A stretch of DNA of 64,000 bases from a virus (Duplodnaviria > Caudoviricetes): IMG/VR virus record IMGVR_UViG_3300042965_000182, positions 1,919 through 65,918 of that record; one strand, given 5' to 3'. Shown here in pieces: positions 9,826-19,571 of the stretch. The notes below the pieces were generated by a model that was given only the letters and a program-made list of their open reading frames with translations, had not been told where the DNA came from and made no database searches. Positions within the stretch are counted from its first letter, which is position 1, and each line of letters opens with the position of its first letter. Position numbers and translations under genes: made by a program.

Positions 9826-10452
9826 ATGAAAGCAGAGTATTATGATAAAAATCAATTATGGGTTGTAAAATTAAAGGACAAAGAAATCAAATTTCCAATT
9901 GAACTTGTGACGGTTGAATTAATTGAGTATTGGGCAAAGTTAAAGGACAAGATTGGTAAGGATATTGGTTGGGAATCACTTTCTCAGGAAGACAAAAAAG
10001 AACTTTTAGAATGGTTTGAAAAGGATGTTTTCCCGACAAAAGAATTTGGTGAATTTCTTATTGATGAGTTAACAGATGAAGCACTTGAAGTTATCACTCA
10101 GCAAGAAGAAAAGGAGGAGGCTTATATACCTTCATTTTCAGATGTTATTAAGCAAGTAAGAAGTTCATATTTAGAAACACTTGGTGGTTGGTTTTCTCCT
10201 TTTTTGAAAAAAGAAGATATAAAACAAGTAGCAGTAGAAGAATATAATTTCAAAAAGACAGCAAGGGAAATAGCGAGTGAGATTATCAGTGAATGGAGAA
10301 ATAAAAATGAATTAAATTCAAGGTTAGAAGCGATAAAGGAAGGTGATGTTTACGCTATTGAAGATTTAAAACAAATCCTTTTTCAGAAAGCATCAATAAG
10401 GTATTTTAATGAAGTTTTAGATTATTTAAAAAATTATCCATTTGAAAAATGA
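9826..10452 (+). CDS. Hypothetical acidic protein (candidate internal head protein)
   Basis: RBS; KKTA motif. Confidence 0.6.
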   Translation: MKAEYYDKNQLWVVKLKDKEIKFPIELVTVELIEYWAKLKDKIGKDIGWESLSQEDKKELLEWFEKDVFPTKEFGEFLIDELTDEALEVITQQEEKEEAYIPSFSDVIKQVRSSYLETLGGWFSPFLKKEDIKQVAVEEYNFKKTAREIASEIISEWRNKNELNSRLEAIKEGDVYAIEDLKQILFQKASIRYFNEVLDYLKNYPFEK

Positions 10453-10741
10453 AATGGAAGAGTTAAAAAGTTTTTTACCACTTATGGAACAATATCTTTT
10501 TGAATTACAAAAACATAGAGACAAGATTGAAGAAGTAATTAACAAATATTTTGCTATTTTACCAAACGAACTTTTAGGTGGAAAATTTGTTGATTTATGT
10601 TTACAAGAGCCGTCTCAGTATTACGACATTCTTTTAAATGTTGTTAAACATAGAAAAGAGATAATAGAAAAGTTAAATGAGGAAAATAAGGAGAAGTTTT
10701 TAATAGAAAACGAGTTTTTAATTCCATTTATAATTTTATAA
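10442..10741 (+). CDS. Hypothetical protein
   Basis: ORF tiles between its neighbours. Confidence 0.55.
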   Translation: MKNEMEELKSFLPLMEQYLFELQKHRDKIEEVINKYFAILPNELLGGKFVDLCLQEPSQYYDILLNVVKHRKEIIEKLNEENKEKFLIENEFLIPFIIL

Positions 10742-10753
10742 GGGAGGTGAATA

Positions 10754-11461
10754 ATGGGTGTAACATATAAAAAAACAAGGACAGGTGTTTGTAAGATTTC
10801 AAATGGTTCTTGTTATGCTATAATAGGCACTTGCGAGCAAGCCCACACTTGGTATATATGGGATCCTTGTTCAGACCCTTATGATTGGAAAGGTTTTGAA
10901 GAACTTACAGAAGAAGAAGTTCGTCAGATGAAGCAAGGAAGTATGAAACGAAAAGCAGTAAAGAAATCTCAAATAGGAGCGAAAGTGTCAATATGGAATG
11001 ACGAAAAAAAAGAAGTGGAACATGATATTGAAATTGATGTGGATTTAGTGATATACTATGATTGGAAAGATAATATTTGGTTCTGGTTAGAGGGAAAGTG
11101 TCCTTGTTGTGGTGAAAAAGTTGGTTTTGATTTAATAGCAGAAGGAGATGTTTCTAAAAGTTTAGAAGAAGAAATTGAAGAAATTGCTCAGGATGAAGAA
11201 CATTATACTGAGGGTGAAATTGAGGATTTTTTAAAAAAAGTTGAGACAATAGTTAAGTATTATACTGATTATCCAAGTGAAACTGAGCCAGCAGGAAAAT
11301 GTATTCATTTTAATCCAAGCGAATATTACAGCGAAAAAGAATTTGAAGAAATGGGCGTTGATATGTCGGATGTATTAGTAGTTGAAAGTGGTGTAGCAAC
11401 TGTTGATATAAACGATGTGATTCGGATACTTATAGATGAAATGAAGGGAGGTAGAAAATGA
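10754..11461 (+). CDS. Hypothetical two-domain acidic, Cys-containing protein
   Basis: GGAGGTGA RBS; CPCC motif; basic linker KRKAVKKSQ. Confidence 0.65.
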   Translation: MGVTYKKTRTGVCKISNGSCYAIIGTCEQAHTWYIWDPCSDPYDWKGFEELTEEEVRQMKQGSMKRKAVKKSQIGAKVSIWNDEKKEVEHDIEIDVDLVIYYDWKDNIWFWLEGKCPCCGEKVGFDLIAEGDVSKSLEEEIEEIAQDEEHYTEGEIEDFLKKVETIVKYYTDYPSETEPAGKCIHFNPSEYYSEKEFEEMGVDMSDVLVVESGVATVDINDVIRILIDEMKGGRK

Positions 11462-11649
11462 AAGTTATTACGATTAGAGAAACTACGAATGAAATAGAAG
11501 GTTTAAAACTTGTAGATAAAGGTGATGGTTATATTTATTTAGAAGTTTACGAATTTAATCCACAAGGAAAAGAAATAGTAATAGGTTATTTAAGAATTGC
11601 TTATGATGAAATAAATAAACTTATAGAGGGTTTTAAAAATATAAAGTGA
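11458..11649 (+). CDS. Hypothetical protein
   Basis: GGAGGT RBS; ATGA overlap. Confidence 0.6.
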   Translation: MKVITIRETTNEIEGLKLVDKGDGYIYLEVYEFNPQGKEIVIGYLRIAYDEINKLIEGFKNIK

Positions 11650-11659
11650 GGAGGTAAAT

Positions 11660-13054
11660 ATGGCAGATTTAAATGAATATATAGGAGAAAGAGAGGAGTT
11701 AGAAAATTTAGAGGAATTAAACGAATTACTTACCAATTTAGAGAAGGAATTAAATTCAACTGACATTTCATTATTAAAACAAGCATCTTCTTATGGTATT
11801 TGGGAACAAACTCATCCTGCTTCCGAGTATGTTCAGTTTGAAGACGAAGAAGACAAAAAACAAATTATTATTGAAAAAATAAAAAGTTTAAGTGGTAAAA
11901 ATGTTTACATTCCTCAGTTTAACGAATGGTTTAATATAGAGGTATCAGGAAACAATGTTGTAATGAAAAAAGGTTCAAATGTTATAGAGGTTATTCCTTT
12001 ACAAAAGTTTGCTGAATATTTTAGTGATGTAGAAGAAATAAAAGTAAAGGAGGGAGGAATGTTAACAATAGGTGACAAAGTTGTTTCAAATGATGGTAAA
12101 AAGGGTGTTATAATAAAAGAGGTAGAAGGTGGCAAATATCTTGTTCAACTGGATAATCCTGTTAAAATAGGTGATACAGAGGTTTCATTTTTAGTTTTTG
12201 CTTCAAAAGAGTTAAAGAGGTTATCAACGAAGCCTGGTGATATTGTTAGGAGAAAAGGCGAACCTGCTACTGAATATACTGTTTTAGAAGTAGATACAGC
12301 AACTGGTAAAGCAAAAGTAAAATCAAAAACAACTGGTGAAGAAAGTGTAGTAGATATTGAACATATAGAGCCTGTTACTGCAAGCAGGTTAGTAAGAGGG
12401 CAGGAATTTCCTTACAGAAAACCTGAAATAGAGTTTAAAGAAGAACTGCCAGAAGAAGAGGAAGAAATTAAAGAAGAAGAAAAGCCAAAAGAAAGACCAA
12501 GGGAAGAAGTTGAAAAACCAGAAATTGAAGAAGAACCAACTGAGGTTCTTTTAACAGAAACAATAAAATCAATTTTCCTTGACCCTGAAGTAGCTGTTCA
12601 AATTGTTGAAAAACTTATAGATATTATTACTATGAAAGGGTTAGAAAGAGAATTCATTCAGTCTCTTGGTTCAAAAGGATTAGAACTGGATGACCTTCTT
12701 TGTCCTTCCTGTTATGAAGAAAATGGTATAAAGATTTATGAAGCGTTTAATGAGGTTTTAGGTTCAAAAAGTATAAGAAGGATTATTGGAACTATTGATA
12801 CTTATGTTAGAAGTCTTATTAAAAGGTATAAAAATAAATCTGACCACTTTGCTATTTTAGGTAGTTTACCAAAGTGTAGTTTCTGTTATAAGGAAGCAAG
12901 GTTTGATGCAAGAACAGTATATGGTCCTTGGGCTTATATGTGTTCTGAACATTTCTTAACATATGGTATGGGTCATCTTGGAACTGGTTTTGGACAAATT
13001 TTAGTTTTACCAGATGAAGTTAAGGAGTATGGGATTAAAAAGAAGGTGTGGTAA
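11660..13054 (+). CDS. Multidomain protein with SH3/KOW-like repeats, Glu-rich linker and C-terminal zinc-binding domain
   Basis: IGDKVV...GVI and PGDIVRR...YTV motifs; CSFC...GPWAYMCSEHF. Confidence 0.65.
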   Translation: MADLNEYIGEREELENLEELNELLTNLEKELNSTDISLLKQASSYGIWEQTHPASEYVQFEDEEDKKQIIIEKIKSLSGKNVYIPQFNEWFNIEVSGNNVVMKKGSNVIEVIPLQKFAEYFSDVEEIKVKEGGMLTIGDKVVSNDGKKGVIIKEVEGGKYLVQLDNPVKIGDTEVSFLVFASKELKRLSTKPGDIVRRKGEPATEYTVLEVDTATGKAKVKSKTTGEESVVDIEHIEPVTASRLVRGQEFPYRKPEIEFKEELPEEEEEIKEEEKPKERPREEVEKPEIEEEPTEVLLTETIKSIFLDPEVAVQIVEKLIDIITMKGLEREFIQSLGSKGLELDDLLCPSCYEENGIKIYEAFNEVLGSKSIRRIIGTIDTYVRSLIKRYKNKSDHFAILGSLPKCSFCYKEARFDARTVYGPWAYMCSEHFLTYGMGHLGTGFGQILVLPDEVKEYGIKKKVW

Positions 13055-13779
13055 TGGAAAGAAAGCAACTTTATTTCAAAGTAGGTGATAAGGTAATAAG
13101 TAGAAGAGATTATAAAACAGAAGGTGAGGTATTGGCTTATATTATTGATGGTAAACTTTCAAAAGATTTTATTTTGGTTAAATGGGAAGATGGTATTGAA
13201 GAACTTGTTCCACCTGAATGGCTTATTAAACCTGATGAATTACAACAGCAACCGTTTACAAAGACTGCTTTAAAAAAGGAAAGTGATTATTATTTAGAGA
13301 AAGTAGATGAAGAAGATTACTGGATTGATGTAGCATTAAAACTTTTAAAGCAGGGTTTTGCTGAGGAAGAAGTTGAAAAATATATTAAATTTGGAACACT
13401 TTATTTAGTAAAAGACAAATTTACAAATGAACCGCAAAATCTAATTTTAAAACTTTTTGATGGTAGGAAGATTGTTTTTGCTTTAAAACAACCTGTAAAA
13501 AAACATTTAGATATTGATGAAGTTGAAAAATATTTAAATAAAGATGATGAAGAAATAGACAAAAAAGCATTTTTATCAGAGGTTTTACCTGGTGAAATAA
13601 AAATAAAAGCAGTTTTTGATGCTTACGAAATAGATTTTGGTGATGGTAATCCACTTTTAATTGACAAGTATCAGTTTGATGAATTTATAAACGAATACAA
13701 TTTAGACAAAGAAAAAATCTTAAACGATATAGAAAAACAAGGTTTTTATAAAGGTAAATTTGATATTTTTAGCTTCTAA
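13054..13779 (+). CDS. Hypothetical protein with N-terminal SH3/KOW-like domain
   Basis: FKVGDKV...GEV...VKWEDG; ATG at 13054 overlaps the previous stop. Confidence 0.6.
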   Translation: MERKQLYFKVGDKVISRRDYKTEGEVLAYIIDGKLSKDFILVKWEDGIEELVPPEWLIKPDELQQQPFTKTALKKESDYYLEKVDEEDYWIDVALKLLKQGFAEEEVEKYIKFGTLYLVKDKFTNEPQNLILKLFDGRKIVFALKQPVKKHLDIDEVEKYLNKDDEEIDKKAFLSEVLPGEIKIKAVFDAYEIDFGDGNPLLIDKYQFDEFINEYNLDKEKILNDIEKQGFYKGKFDIFSF

Positions 13780-13781
13780 AA

Positions 13782-14429
13782 ATGAAGTTTCAATTAAAGC
13801 AAATAAAAGGTGATTTATTTTTAGTTCCAAAAGTTGTTGATATTGAAAGGTATCCATTTGCTTATAGGAGAGAGGTTCCAAAAGGTTTACCAGATGTTGA
13901 AGAAATTGTTTTTCCATTACCAACAAAGCCTCATAGAAGAACAAAAGAAGTTGAATGGAGAAAATTTTGGAAAACAAGGAGAAAACAATTAGGTGAAGAA
14001 CCTGGTTGGTCTCCAAGAGAAGCATTACCCAGTATTGGTAAACCAAAATGGGAATGGGATTGGATGCCTGGTCAAAAAGGTTACAGAACAGAAGTAGTAG
14101 CAGACATTTATGAAGGTAGAGGTGAAACTTGGTATTTAAGACCAACTACTATGGAAAGCCCTAAATTATTAACAAAGGAAGAACTTGAAAAGATGGTTGA
14201 TACTTCTGTTTTATATGAACTTATAGAAACAATAGAAAATGTTTGGCTTATAGGTAGAGTTCCTGATGGTATCAGGTATAAAATGCCAAGAGGGTTCTAC
14301 TATCCTGCTGGTGAAGATGAAGAATTCAAGTATTTCAAATCAGTTGATACTGGTGTTTTTGTTGCTGTTGAAAAAGACAGAGTTTTACCTTTAAGGGAAG
14401 TAAGGAAAAAGAAATTGTTCTTTATTTAG
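13782..14429 (+). CDS. Hypothetical protein (Pro/Trp/Arg-rich centre)
   Basis: ORF tiles between its neighbours. Confidence 0.6.
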   Translation: MKFQLKQIKGDLFLVPKVVDIERYPFAYRREVPKGLPDVEEIVFPLPTKPHRRTKEVEWRKFWKTRRKQLGEEPGWSPREALPSIGKPKWEWDWMPGQKGYRTEVVADIYEGRGETWYLRPTTMESPKLLTKEELEKMVDTSVLYELIETIENVWLIGRVPDGIRYKMPRGFYYPAGEDEEFKYFKSVDTGVFVAVEKDRVLPLREVRKKKLFFI

Positions 14430-14455
14430 TTTATTATAACATAGGAGGAATAAAA

Positions 14456-14860
14456 GTGGTTAAAAGAATAGTTGATTACTTGGTAAGGCAAATACAGGAG
14501 TTAAACATAAAACTGCTTAAACATACTTTTTCTTATGCTTTTTTAACTATCCTTTTCTGGAAAATTTTTGAAAAGTTTATTTCTAAATGGGAACTAATTT
14601 CATTTTTATGTTTTATTCTTATTGTTTTGTTAAGTCTTTCAGTTGAAGTAATAGAATATGTGTATTTAGGGCAGAAAAATGAAAGAGAACTTACAATAGG
14701 TGTTGTTTATGCTTTTGTTGGTTTTTTCCTTGGTTCAATGGTTATGCTTCAACCTTTTGTAGCACTTTTACTTACAATTTTAATGGTTTTACCGCAGATA
14801 GGTGCTATTATTGCAGCTGTTATTTTTTTTATTTTCCTGTTTAAGAGTTTGTTTAGATGA
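14456..14860 (+). CDS. Membrane protein (about 4 TM helices)
   Basis: Long hydrophobic stretches; AGGAGG RBS. Confidence 0.65.
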   Translation: MVKRIVDYLVRQIQELNIKLLKHTFSYAFLTILFWKIFEKFISKWELISFLCFILIVLLSLSVEVIEYVYLGQKNERELTIGVVYAFVGFFLGSMVMLQPFVALLLTILMVLPQIGAIIAAVIFFIFLFKSLFR

Positions 14861-14908
14861 AAGAGGTTAAAATGTTTGATTATTAAAATAAAGGGAAGGT
14901 AAGAAAAG

Positions 14909-15130
14909 ATGAAAACAATAGAAGTAGCAAAAACGATGGATGAAATAAAACAAATCATACAGCAGAACGGGAAAATAATAGATGAGGACAAAATCAGGGA
15001 TTGGAAGTGTTTTTGGACTGTTGAAAATGAAAAAGGTGTTGTAGAAATATACTATAGATGGTCTCCGTTAGCACAAAGAAATGAAAAAAGCGAAAATAGA
15101 AATAACATCAAAGTCATATACAGTTCCTGA
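14909..15130 (+). CDS. Hypothetical protein
   Basis: RBS and ORF. Confidence 0.55.
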   Translation: MKTIEVAKTMDEIKQIIQQNGKIIDEDKIRDWKCFWTVENEKGVVEIYYRWSPLAQRNEKSENRNNIKVIYSS

Positions 15131-15133
15131 CAG

Positions 15134-15290
15134 TGGTAGTTTTTTTGAAGAATGGAAGAAATGGAAAAAGAAAAAAGAAAGTTAAGGAATTTTTTAAAAA
15201 ATAATAAAATCATTAAAAGGGGTGAATTATGAAGAATAAGTTCATAAAAATAAGTGAAGAAATAATAAAAATAGCGGAGGAATTGTTAAG
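15134..15290 (+). repeat. Degenerate, internally deleted duplicate of 16530-16880
   Basis: 15134-15159 matches 16530-16554; 15155-15290 matches 16755 to about 16885. Confidence 0.7.
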
Positions 15291-16431
15291 GTTTACAAAA
15301 AAGGGAATAGCAGAAGAGGAACTCAAGGAATGGGAAAGGTATGGTTTTACTCCTGATGAAGCAAGGGAATGGAAAGATGCTGGTTTTACTCCTGAAGAAG
15401 CAGAAGAATGGATAAGGGGAACTGACCGTCCTGACATAGCAAAGTTATGGAGAGACTATGGTTTTACAGTTAGTGAAATGGTCACATGGTATAATGTATT
15501 TGGTTATCATCCTGAGAACATAAGAAAGTTTTTAGAGCAAGGTTATACTTATGAGGAGATAAAAAGATGGTCAATATATGGTTTCAAAGACCCAAAAGAA
15601 GTAGAAGAATGGATGAGTTATGGTTTTAGTTTAGAGGAAGCAGGAAAGTGGAAAAAACATAAATTTACTCCTGAAGAGGCAAAGAGATGGAAAGAATATG
15701 GTTATAACATAGACGAAGCAAAGTATTGGAAAAAATACGAGTTTACTCTTGAAGAAGCAGAAAGATGGAAGGGTGCAGGGTTTAAACCTTGGGATGCAAG
15801 AAAATGGATAGAACTTGGTTTTACTCTTGAAGAAGTAAAAAAATGGAAAGAATGGGGTTTTACTCCTGCGGGAGCAGTTAGTTGGACAGAGCATGGTTTT
15901 ACTCCTGAAGAAGCATTTGAATGGAGTGCATATGGTATTGATTCACCATGGGAAGTAAAAAGATGGAAAACATTTGGTTTCACTACTCCTGAGGAAGTAA
16001 AAAAATGGAGTAAATATGGATTTGGTCCATTTGATGCAAAAAAATGGAAAGACCGTGGATTTACTCCCAGTGAAGCATATAGAAGGGCAAAAATATTCCT
16101 CAGAAAAAGGGCTATTGATAGAGTAGAAGTAAAAGAAGGGTATGATTGGCATTGGGGGTTTGATGACCGAATTAATTATAAATTTGAAATAGAGAGAATA
16201 GAAGGTGATTATACTGTGGAAAAAATAGATGAAAGATTTGCTCCAGGTGTAGGTTTTGAAGGTGTTGGAGGTAAGGATTATGCCATTTACGAAGTGAAAA
16301 TATATAAGAACTTTATAGGCAGAATAATCCAATATTCAAAATTGAGAAGAAGTAAAACTTGGAAGGAAGAAATTCTTTTTGATAACACATACATTGCAAA
16401 AGAATTAGAAAGAGAAGAGGAGGAGGAATGA
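15229..16431 (+). CDS. Leader-bearing Trp-repeat protein (13-14 aa WxxxGFTPEEAxx repeats) with an unrelated C-terminal domain
   Basis: N-terminal IKISEEIIKIAEELL leader, roughly 19 repeats, RKRA linker, then a non-repeat tail. Confidence 0.8.
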   Translation: MKNKFIKISEEIIKIAEELLRFTKKGIAEEELKEWERYGFTPDEAREWKDAGFTPEEAEEWIRGTDRPDIAKLWRDYGFTVSEMVTWYNVFGYHPENIRKFLEQGYTYEEIKRWSIYGFKDPKEVEEWMSYGFSLEEAGKWKKHKFTPEEAKRWKEYGYNIDEAKYWKKYEFTLEEAERWKGAGFKPWDARKWIELGFTLEEVKKWKEWGFTPAGAVSWTEHGFTPEEAFEWSAYGIDSPWEVKRWKTFGFTTPEEVKKWSKYGFGPFDAKKWKDRGFTPSEAYRRAKIFLRKRAIDRVEVKEGYDWHWGFDDRINYKFEIERIEGDYTVEKIDERFAPGVGFEGVGGKDYAIYEVKIYKNFIGRIIQYSKLRRSKTWKEEILFDNTYIAKELEREEEEE

Positions 16432-16535
16432 AAAAAAATAATAAAATAGGTAAAAAACTTATAAAAATAGCAGAAGAATTATATGATGGAAGTTATGCTA
16501 CCAAAATTAGAAAGAAAAATGAGAACTGTTGGTAG
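16428..16535 (+). pseudogene. Leader-only remnant ORF (35 aa, MKKNNKIGKKLIKIAEELYDG...)
   Basis: GGAGGAGG RBS, ATG 16428, leader motif, early TAG at 16533. Below the ORF-track cutoff. Confidence 0.55.
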
Positions 16536-16586
16536 TTTTTTGAAGAATGGAAGAGATTGGTAAATAATTGGAAAGGAGAGTGATTT

Positions 16587-16826
16587 ATGTTGGATGAATT
16601 AGAAAGAATTTTTAAGAAAGCCTTTAGATGTCCTTCTATTGCTACTTGGTTAAGATTAAAAAAGGAACATTCACTTATAATTCCTTTGGTAGAATTTTTA
16701 GAAGAGGCGAAAGAAAATGGAGAAATAAGTGAAGATGAATACAAAAAATTATTAGAAGAAATGGAAAAAGAAGAAAAAGAAGTTGAGAAATTTTTTAAAA
16801 AAATGATAAAATCGTTGGAAGGATAG
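16587..16826 (+). CDS. Hypothetical protein, partial paralogue of 16831..17418
   Basis: Shares KKA...SI..WL..K..HSLIIPL with the next gene. Confidence 0.65.
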   Translation: MLDELERIFKKAFRCPSIATWLRLKKEHSLIIPLVEFLEEAKENGEISEDEYKKLLEEMEKEEKEVEKFFKKMIKSLEG

Positions 16827-16830
16827 AATT

Positions 16831-17418
16831 ATGGATAAGGTAGTGAAAATAAGTGAGAAACTGCTAAAAATAGCGGAAGAGTTATTAGAAGATATTATAT
16901 TTGAGGAATTGGAAAAGAAAGCAAAACCTGTTAGTTCAATCAAAGAGTGGTTAAAAAGAAAAGGTAAACATTCTTTAATCATACCCTTGGATATTTTAAA
17001 GGTTAGTGTTACTCCACCTGTTTTTGAATTGATGGTTGAAGAAGACCCTTTAAAAGAAGCCGTTGGTGTTGTTCCTGCCCGTTTAATAATACAAAAACTA
17101 AAAAATGAGAAAAAACCTGGGATTACTATAAAGTATGATGGAAGTTATTTTATAATTGAAGGTAATGAAATAACAGAGAATAAAGGTTTTCCAATACCAC
17201 CACTTTTCTTTCTTGCTTGTGTTCCTTATAAAGAAGGTTCAGAAGGCGTCGGTGCTTATATAGAAGGAAACCAACTTATAGTAGATTATTTAGTTTTTCC
17301 ATCTGATTTAGATAGTTGTAAACGAATTATAAGTGCTTATCCTGACATAAACAATATAGTTTTATTCATAAAGGATGGAATACCAAAGTTTATATCAAGA
17401 GAAGAGTTTTTGAAGTAA
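16831..17418 (+). CDS. Leader-bearing hypothetical protein
   Basis: N-terminal VVKISEKLLKIAEELL, then EKKA. Confidence 0.7.
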   Translation: MDKVVKISEKLLKIAEELLEDIIFEELEKKAKPVSSIKEWLKRKGKHSLIIPLDILKVSVTPPVFELMVEEDPLKEAVGVVPARLIIQKLKNEKKPGITIKYDGSYFIIEGNEITENKGFPIPPLFFLACVPYKEGSEGVGAYIEGNQLIVDYLVFPSDLDSCKRIISAYPDINNIVLFIKDGIPKFISREEFLK

Positions 17419-17421
17419 GAA

Positions 17422-17763
17422 ATGCCAAGTGAATTTCCTGTTAGAAAAACAATTAATTTACCTTATGGAGACAAAAGAACTTTTAAGTTTCAATTAATGA
17501 AAAATGGAACACCTGTTAATCTTACTGGTGCTCAACTTATTTTTTATGTTAAGTCTGTTTCTGATTTTGATTGGCAACCAAAAAAGCTTAATGTTGTTTT
17601 GGATGACCCTCCAAGTGGTAAGTTTTCTATTACACTTTCAACGCAGGATTTAAAAATGAAAGCAGGCAGGTATATTGCTGAAATAGAATGGGTAAACGAA
17701 AATTTTTCACTTATATATTTTGACATTACAATTTATGAAGATGTAATGCACGGGAAAGGTTAA
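17422..17763 (+). CDS. BppU N-terminal-like baseplate/structural protein
   Basis: GDKRTFKFQL..NGTPVNLTGA...G.Y.AEIE. Confidence 0.7.
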   Translation: MPSEFPVRKTINLPYGDKRTFKFQLMKNGTPVNLTGAQLIFYVKSVSDFDWQPKKLNVVLDDPPSGKFSITLSTQDLKMKAGRYIAEIEWVNENFSLIYFDITIYEDVMHGKG

Positions 17764-17765
17764 GA

Positions 17766-19553
17766 ATGGCAACAATTACAGCAATAAGGTCAGGTAATTG
17801 GTCAGACCCAAACATTTGGGACTTAGAGAGAATACCACAAGATATGGATGATGTTGTAATTTCTAATGGTTGTATTGTTGTTTACGATTTTGACATGTCT
17901 GATGATAACCAGTTTCCCAATGGCGTGAACACCATATACCTGAATGGCTCTTCAGCTTTTACTAAACTTGTTGTTCATCGCACTCGGAACACTTACTTAA
18001 AGTTTTATTCCTCCATTAGAGGTGGAAATGGGTTTTACAATTGGTTTGATTGGGGGAAAGTTGACGACCCTGTTTTAGCAGACAAATGTGTTATAGAAAA
18101 AAGAGGCGCAAATGCTTATGTTGGCGGTAATTATGCTCATCCGACAATAACTTTTTATGGGAAAGACCCTGGTGTTGTTAAGTCTTCTTTGACTGCTGAT
18201 GCTTCTGCTGGTAGCAATGTTATATATGTAGATGTTTCTTTTGGTTTTTCTTTAAATGTTGGTGATGAAATCTTTTTGGAAGGTATAACAAATGATAAAA
18301 GTCAGGTAGAGTTTCACACAGTTGCTTCGTTCAATCCCAGCACTGGTGAAGTTGTTTTGAGAAACAATCTTGCTTATAATAAACAAAAAGGAGCAAGAGT
18401 TTGGAAGTTAACAAGGAATGTTTTGCTTCTGTCAAAACTTTCTTCTGGGTCAAGGTTTCTTTATACTATAGCTCCTTGGCAAGTTTCAAAGTGGGGTTGT
18501 TTTCAACTGAAAGATGAAAATTTTGTTATTTCAAACATAGTGGATAGTGTAAGTTTTTTCACTTTTGAGAAAGCGGTGTTTATTACAAATCATATGTGGG
18601 CATTTAATTATAATGTTTTTGTAGACAGTTTTATTTACTGCAATGATTTTCAGTCAATTAACAATGTCCTGCAAACTTCCTGCCTTGTAGGACACGCAGG
18701 TTGGGGTGGTAATAGTTATGAAAGTGAGATAATAAATTGTTCTTCTACTGTTGTTTGGCAATGTGTTAACAGCAGAGTGAAAGCAACAGAAATAGATTTT
18801 AGGAATTGTTCTTATGTAAACACTCAAATTTCTACTGATTATGGCTGGAGTATTTACTTTTCAAATCAAAAAGGTTTTCTTAGGTCTGATATTGATTATT
18901 TTGATTTTTTAACAAGTAAAGTAATGTCTAGAGAAGCACAAGTAGAATATTCCCATATAGTTCAAATGGGAAAAAACATTTTCAATTTTGTTAATGTTGC
19001 TGGTTGGCAAAGGTGGTCAAATGGTATTTTAGAAATGAACTTTCCTTGGACAGGTGAGTGGGTTAACCAATGGTATTATTGGAATGATGAAGGTGGTCTT
19101 TGGTGGAATTGGTATATAAGGATTGATGTTGAAACAGAGCCCGTCCAGTATACGAGGAAGATAAAAGTAAAAAAGACGAGGTCATTAACTAATGAATACA
19201 TTAGACCACAAATTCGTGTTTTTAAAGGTAAACTTGAAATTGGCGGTATTAAAACAAGAAGGTTATTACAAATGTCTGAACTTTCAAATCTTCTTATTCA
19301 GCATATAGTAATGCCTGATACAACGAATGAATGGGTAGAATTAACAGTAGATTTTACAGCAACAGAAACAAGTGAGTATACAATTCAAATTTTTGCTGGT
19401 AAAACCTTTGAGGAGAACAATTATTCTGTTTATTGGGAAGTTAATCCTTTGGATGAGAATTTTTTTAGTATTTTAAAAGAGAAAGAGATTTATTTTGTTC
19501 AAAGTATGGATGTTTTAGATATAAGTGATGTTTATGAGATAATAGAAATTTAA
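17766..19553 (+). CDS. Virion fibre/receptor-binding-like protein with G8-like N-terminus
   Basis: AIRSGNWSDPNIW...IPQDMDDVVI start, LTADASAGSNVIYVD module, beta-rich body. Confidence 0.6.
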   Translation: MATITAIRSGNWSDPNIWDLERIPQDMDDVVISNGCIVVYDFDMSDDNQFPNGVNTIYLNGSSAFTKLVVHRTRNTYLKFYSSIRGGNGFYNWFDWGKVDDPVLADKCVIEKRGANAYVGGNYAHPTITFYGKDPGVVKSSLTADASAGSNVIYVDVSFGFSLNVGDEIFLEGITNDKSQVEFHTVASFNPSTGEVVLRNNLAYNKQKGARVWKLTRNVLLLSKLSSGSRFLYTIAPWQVSKWGCFQLKDENFVISNIVDSVSFFTFEKAVFITNHMWAFNYNVFVDSFIYCNDFQSINNVLQTSCLVGHAGWGGNSYESEIINCSSTVVWQCVNSRVKATEIDFRNCSYVNTQISTDYGWSIYFSNQKGFLRSDIDYFDFLTSKVMSREAQVEYSHIVQMGKNIFNFVNVAGWQRWSNGILEMNFPWTGEWVNQWYYWNDEGGLWWNWYIRIDVETEPVQYTRKIKVKKTRSLTNEYIRPQIRVFKGKLEIGGIKTRRLLQMSELSNLLIQHIVMPDTTNEWVELTVDFTATETSEYTIQIFAGKTFEENNYSVYWEVNPLDENFFSILKEKEIYFVQSMDVLDISDVYEIIEI

Positions 19554-19571
19554 TAAATAGAAGGAGTAAAT

